Below, in pieces: positions 60,907 through 64,000 of a stretch of 64,000 nt of DNA. Source of the stretch: Tubulanus polymorphus (taxonomy: Eukaryota > Animalia > Nemertea); NCBI RefSeq assembly GCF_964204645.1, contig NC_134034.1:11916962-11980961 (forward strand), given 5' to 3'. A program made the translations under genes and the position numbers. The notes beneath the pieces were generated by a model that was not told the DNA's origin, made no database searches, and worked only from the letters and a program-made list of their open reading frames with translations. Numbering within the stretch: the stretch's first letter is position 1; the number at the start of each line of letters is the position of its first letter.

Positions 60907-63900
60907 CTGCAATGAATATGAAGATCAATTATTCAACTTTTAATTTATCAACTAAAATTGTTCCGTGTTATATTTATACAATGTATTGTTCCTGTTATTT
61001 TGAAACCGTCATGCGAAACCGTATTCGAAACCGTCATGCATTCAAAGTACGACCAATTTACAACCAATCGAAAGAAATTATCAGTAAAAAGTATATTTCC
61101 TGTGTGAACGTGGTGTGAAAGAGAGTGTTATTGGGTGTACGAGGGTGGCATGAACATCTTATAAACCTTAACAGGTTTCTTCGTGTATCCCTCCATCTTG
61201 AATTTATTGTATCACTTTGTACGATTAGCATAACTAGAAATTCTTAGTACGAAAATAAAATTATTATTATTTTGTTTATTAAATCACTGATCGTATCTCG
61301 ATGCTACCATTCTGGTTTATTGTACTTCGCTGTGATCTACGTACTTTTGATGTTTTTATAACTCTTCGTGTGGAGAAAATAAACTATACTGAATCAATGT
61401 CGAATCGGCAATTGAAAAAAAGTAAACCGTATTGAATTTTCTTAAAAGGTATTTTATCAACGATACCGTTAACAAAAACCCATAACCTAAATTACAATTC
61501 GATGTTATACAAACGCAACTGGTACTTATATTCCCAAGAGAGAATTGTTGTCACTTGTGACAAAACAGAAAAAAATTTAGATTGCAAAAAACTGCATTGA
61601 TAAAAAAAAAGTTTATTTTGTCAATCTGAAAAGCGATCGGTTCTGAAAAATACCGTGCTCTTTTTAAGCATTCTATTCATAATCCGGTGTGAATACAAGT
61701 AGGTTGGTGTGTATTTCGAAGAATAGCTTGAAGAGAGGATTGTACCTTAATAGCCTTTTTCAAAACTGATTTATTATGCAAGTGTATTGTTGTCACAAAA
61801 ATGGCTCATGGAATAGAGCCGAACCGTCAAATATAATTTTAGTTTTAGAACATGTCTCATAGAATTGAGTATAAACGTCACTACTCTCTTAGTTTTGAAA
61901 GTGGCTCGTAGAATTGAGTCTAAACGTCACTACTCTCTTAGTTTTGAAAATGGCTCGTAGAATTGAGTCTAAACGTCACTAGTCTCTTAGTTTTGAAAAT
62001 GGCTCGTAGAATTGAGTCTTAACGTCACTACTCTCTAAGTGTTTTTTTCATGTTGGCTTTTCCCTCGGTCGAAGAACGTACGTACTTTTAGATATATACA
62101 TAAGTATTCCCATTTCATTTCACGAGGTGATCACGTGCAGTTATTGGGGAAACCACCTGTCGATTATGTCGATCAATTACTCTATTTTTTTTCGCGTGGA
62201 TCAAAGCAAACAATTTCAGTCTAGAAAATTGCCAGCGCACGTAAATCGTGATTCACAAATCCAACGCATGACACGACGACCATGTTTTATTTCTGGTTGC
62301 AGCCAAAACAATCCGTAGCAACTGTCTTCGTTAAAAATATGTTGCTCTTTTTTCGGAGCTTATGTTGTGGGATTAAACTAACCACACCGATTACTATACT
62401 TAGATATTATCAGCAGATATCCCGGGTGTCACTAGGATTTTTTCAAAGGGGGTCAGAATTAATACAAGCGGAACTATATGCCATACTTTATCCACCGAGC
62501 ATTTCTGAATTCTTGGATGTTGCTTGAGAACGTTCTTATATTATAAATAGTCTTAATTTTTTGAATTTGCGGAGTTTGGGAAGGACGTTTTCTGGACCTT
62601 TTTTCAAGGCAAAATAATTATGAAATTCCCGGAATGTTAAAAAGAGGAACTAAAGAAATGCGGAAATTGGATTTAAAAAGGGGGTCGCCCGCATCCGGCC
62701 TTCAACTGGGGATTTGTTCTATTGACACGACACACTTTATCGCCATCAAATTACCTTCTAACGGTGTGTGAGTTGTTGGCAGATGAAGAATAAACTGAAC
62801 TTTTTTTACTTCAGAGTGTTACCACTTAACACTGGAGGTCATTAGGGAACTGGGTGAATGGGTCGTGGGCTCCGCGGGGACTTAACTCTCAACTTGATCT
62901 GTTATCTATCTTCATCTCTCGCGCCATCTGTTCATGTTTGTAAAAACAACCGTTGATATACTAGAGTCGTGTTATCCGAAGGATGTTCAGTACATGACCT
63001 CTCCGAACTTTAGACCGTCGATTCCACAGTCGTTAAACTGATAAGATATGTAAGGGGAATTTTGTATGAGAAAATCTTAAAACATTGATATCGTTCACAC
63101 CAGTCTCCTGGCGTGGCGAACCCCTTAACAATAGATGCATTCAGACGATAGTCGTCGTTTCATTCTAAGATTCTCGCGTACAGAACTGAGCCCAAAGAGC
63201 CGTCACCACAATAACACGGGCACCCTTTGTCGTACACGCCACGAACTGGTTTGTACCAGAACAATCAAAAACCGACCTATTCGGTCAATCTATAGATTGC
63301 GCATGAGTGGTCTGTCGAAGGATTATTCGAGCACGCCTTGAGCATCGCCCCGCATAGACCAGGGTCATATAAAATGATAAACGCACGACCTGAGATGCCA
63401 CGACCACAGTTTTGTAGATTTTTTAGTTCATAAACGATGCGGAATGTAACGCGCTGAACCCTGCGCGAACTGAACCGAACGCGATTTTGGGTCAACTGAA
63501 GTTGAAAGCTTGATTTCAAATTTCACCCAGCTCTCTAGCTCCGAAGTAAATGATTTCAGTGCGAACTCAAACAATGACCTTCGATTGTACTGTCTAATAT
63601 ATCATTTTCTATTGAAATTTTTGTTGAACTTTATTTGAATAGTTCGCAGAAATCTATCGCACTGCAGTGACGTCGTGTACATTATGATGTATTTACATTA
63701 AACTTATTAGACGCTACTTTGACCCTTACTGCCGATAGCTATTCTCGCTGCAAGTCGTCACTGTTCAAATCAGGGTCACACAATAAAGTCCCGGCTCAAA
63801 CAATCGTGCGTCTAGTAGCACTTTTATTTCATTATTATTATCGACAACACGACTGCACCTCCAGGACCCTCGATTGAGTTATAATAGCCGTCTAACTTTA

Positions 63901-64000
63901 AAGAAATATTTACTCGGAAGTTTAGAAACTATTTCTATCAAAACACTTGTATTCTTTATGTATTTTGGAGGGGTTGAGTGCAATGAAAAAGTATTTTCGT

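Noticed and set aside
60907-64000. Upstream SLC5 exons or another gene
   Set aside because: No frame-compatible exon with SLC5 motifs was found by eye; treated as a long intron, though small exons could have been missed
1-64000. Autonomous transposase or reverse transcriptase genes, or a prokaryotic/HGT island
   Set aside because: No long intronless ORF with DDE, RT or GIY-YIG motifs; all genes have spliceosomal introns

Overview
Eukaryotic genomic DNA, most likely from an invertebrate animal (taxon not determinable). Introns are AT-rich and GT-AG; exons are GC/CpG-rich. Seven spliced protein-coding genes were reconstructed by hand with consistent intron phases: (1) a prostanoid-receptor-like class A GPCR (minus, last exon off-window); (2) a 612-aa BEN-domain protein (minus); (3) a divergently oriented, full-length 26-exon ABCB1/P-glycoprotein (plus, about 1375 aa); (4) a 160-aa secreted 8-Cys protein of unknown function; (5-6) a head-to-head pair of VOPP1/WBP1-family membrane proteins; (7) the 3' part of an SLC5A5/6/8-type sodium-solute symporter (minus). 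Introns are packed with MITEs (piggyBac-like TTAA, Harbinger-like CWG), fold-back elements and minisatellites. Three observations stand out. First, short fold-back elements carry minimal hammerhead-ribozyme motifs whose stems covary between copies (Penelope-type). Second, a 133-nt tract is 100% identical between the two ancient NBD halves of ABCB1, suggesting intragenic gene conversion. Third, some minisatellites have amplified the ABCB1 splice sites themselves. All gene models are manual inferences without transcript evidence.
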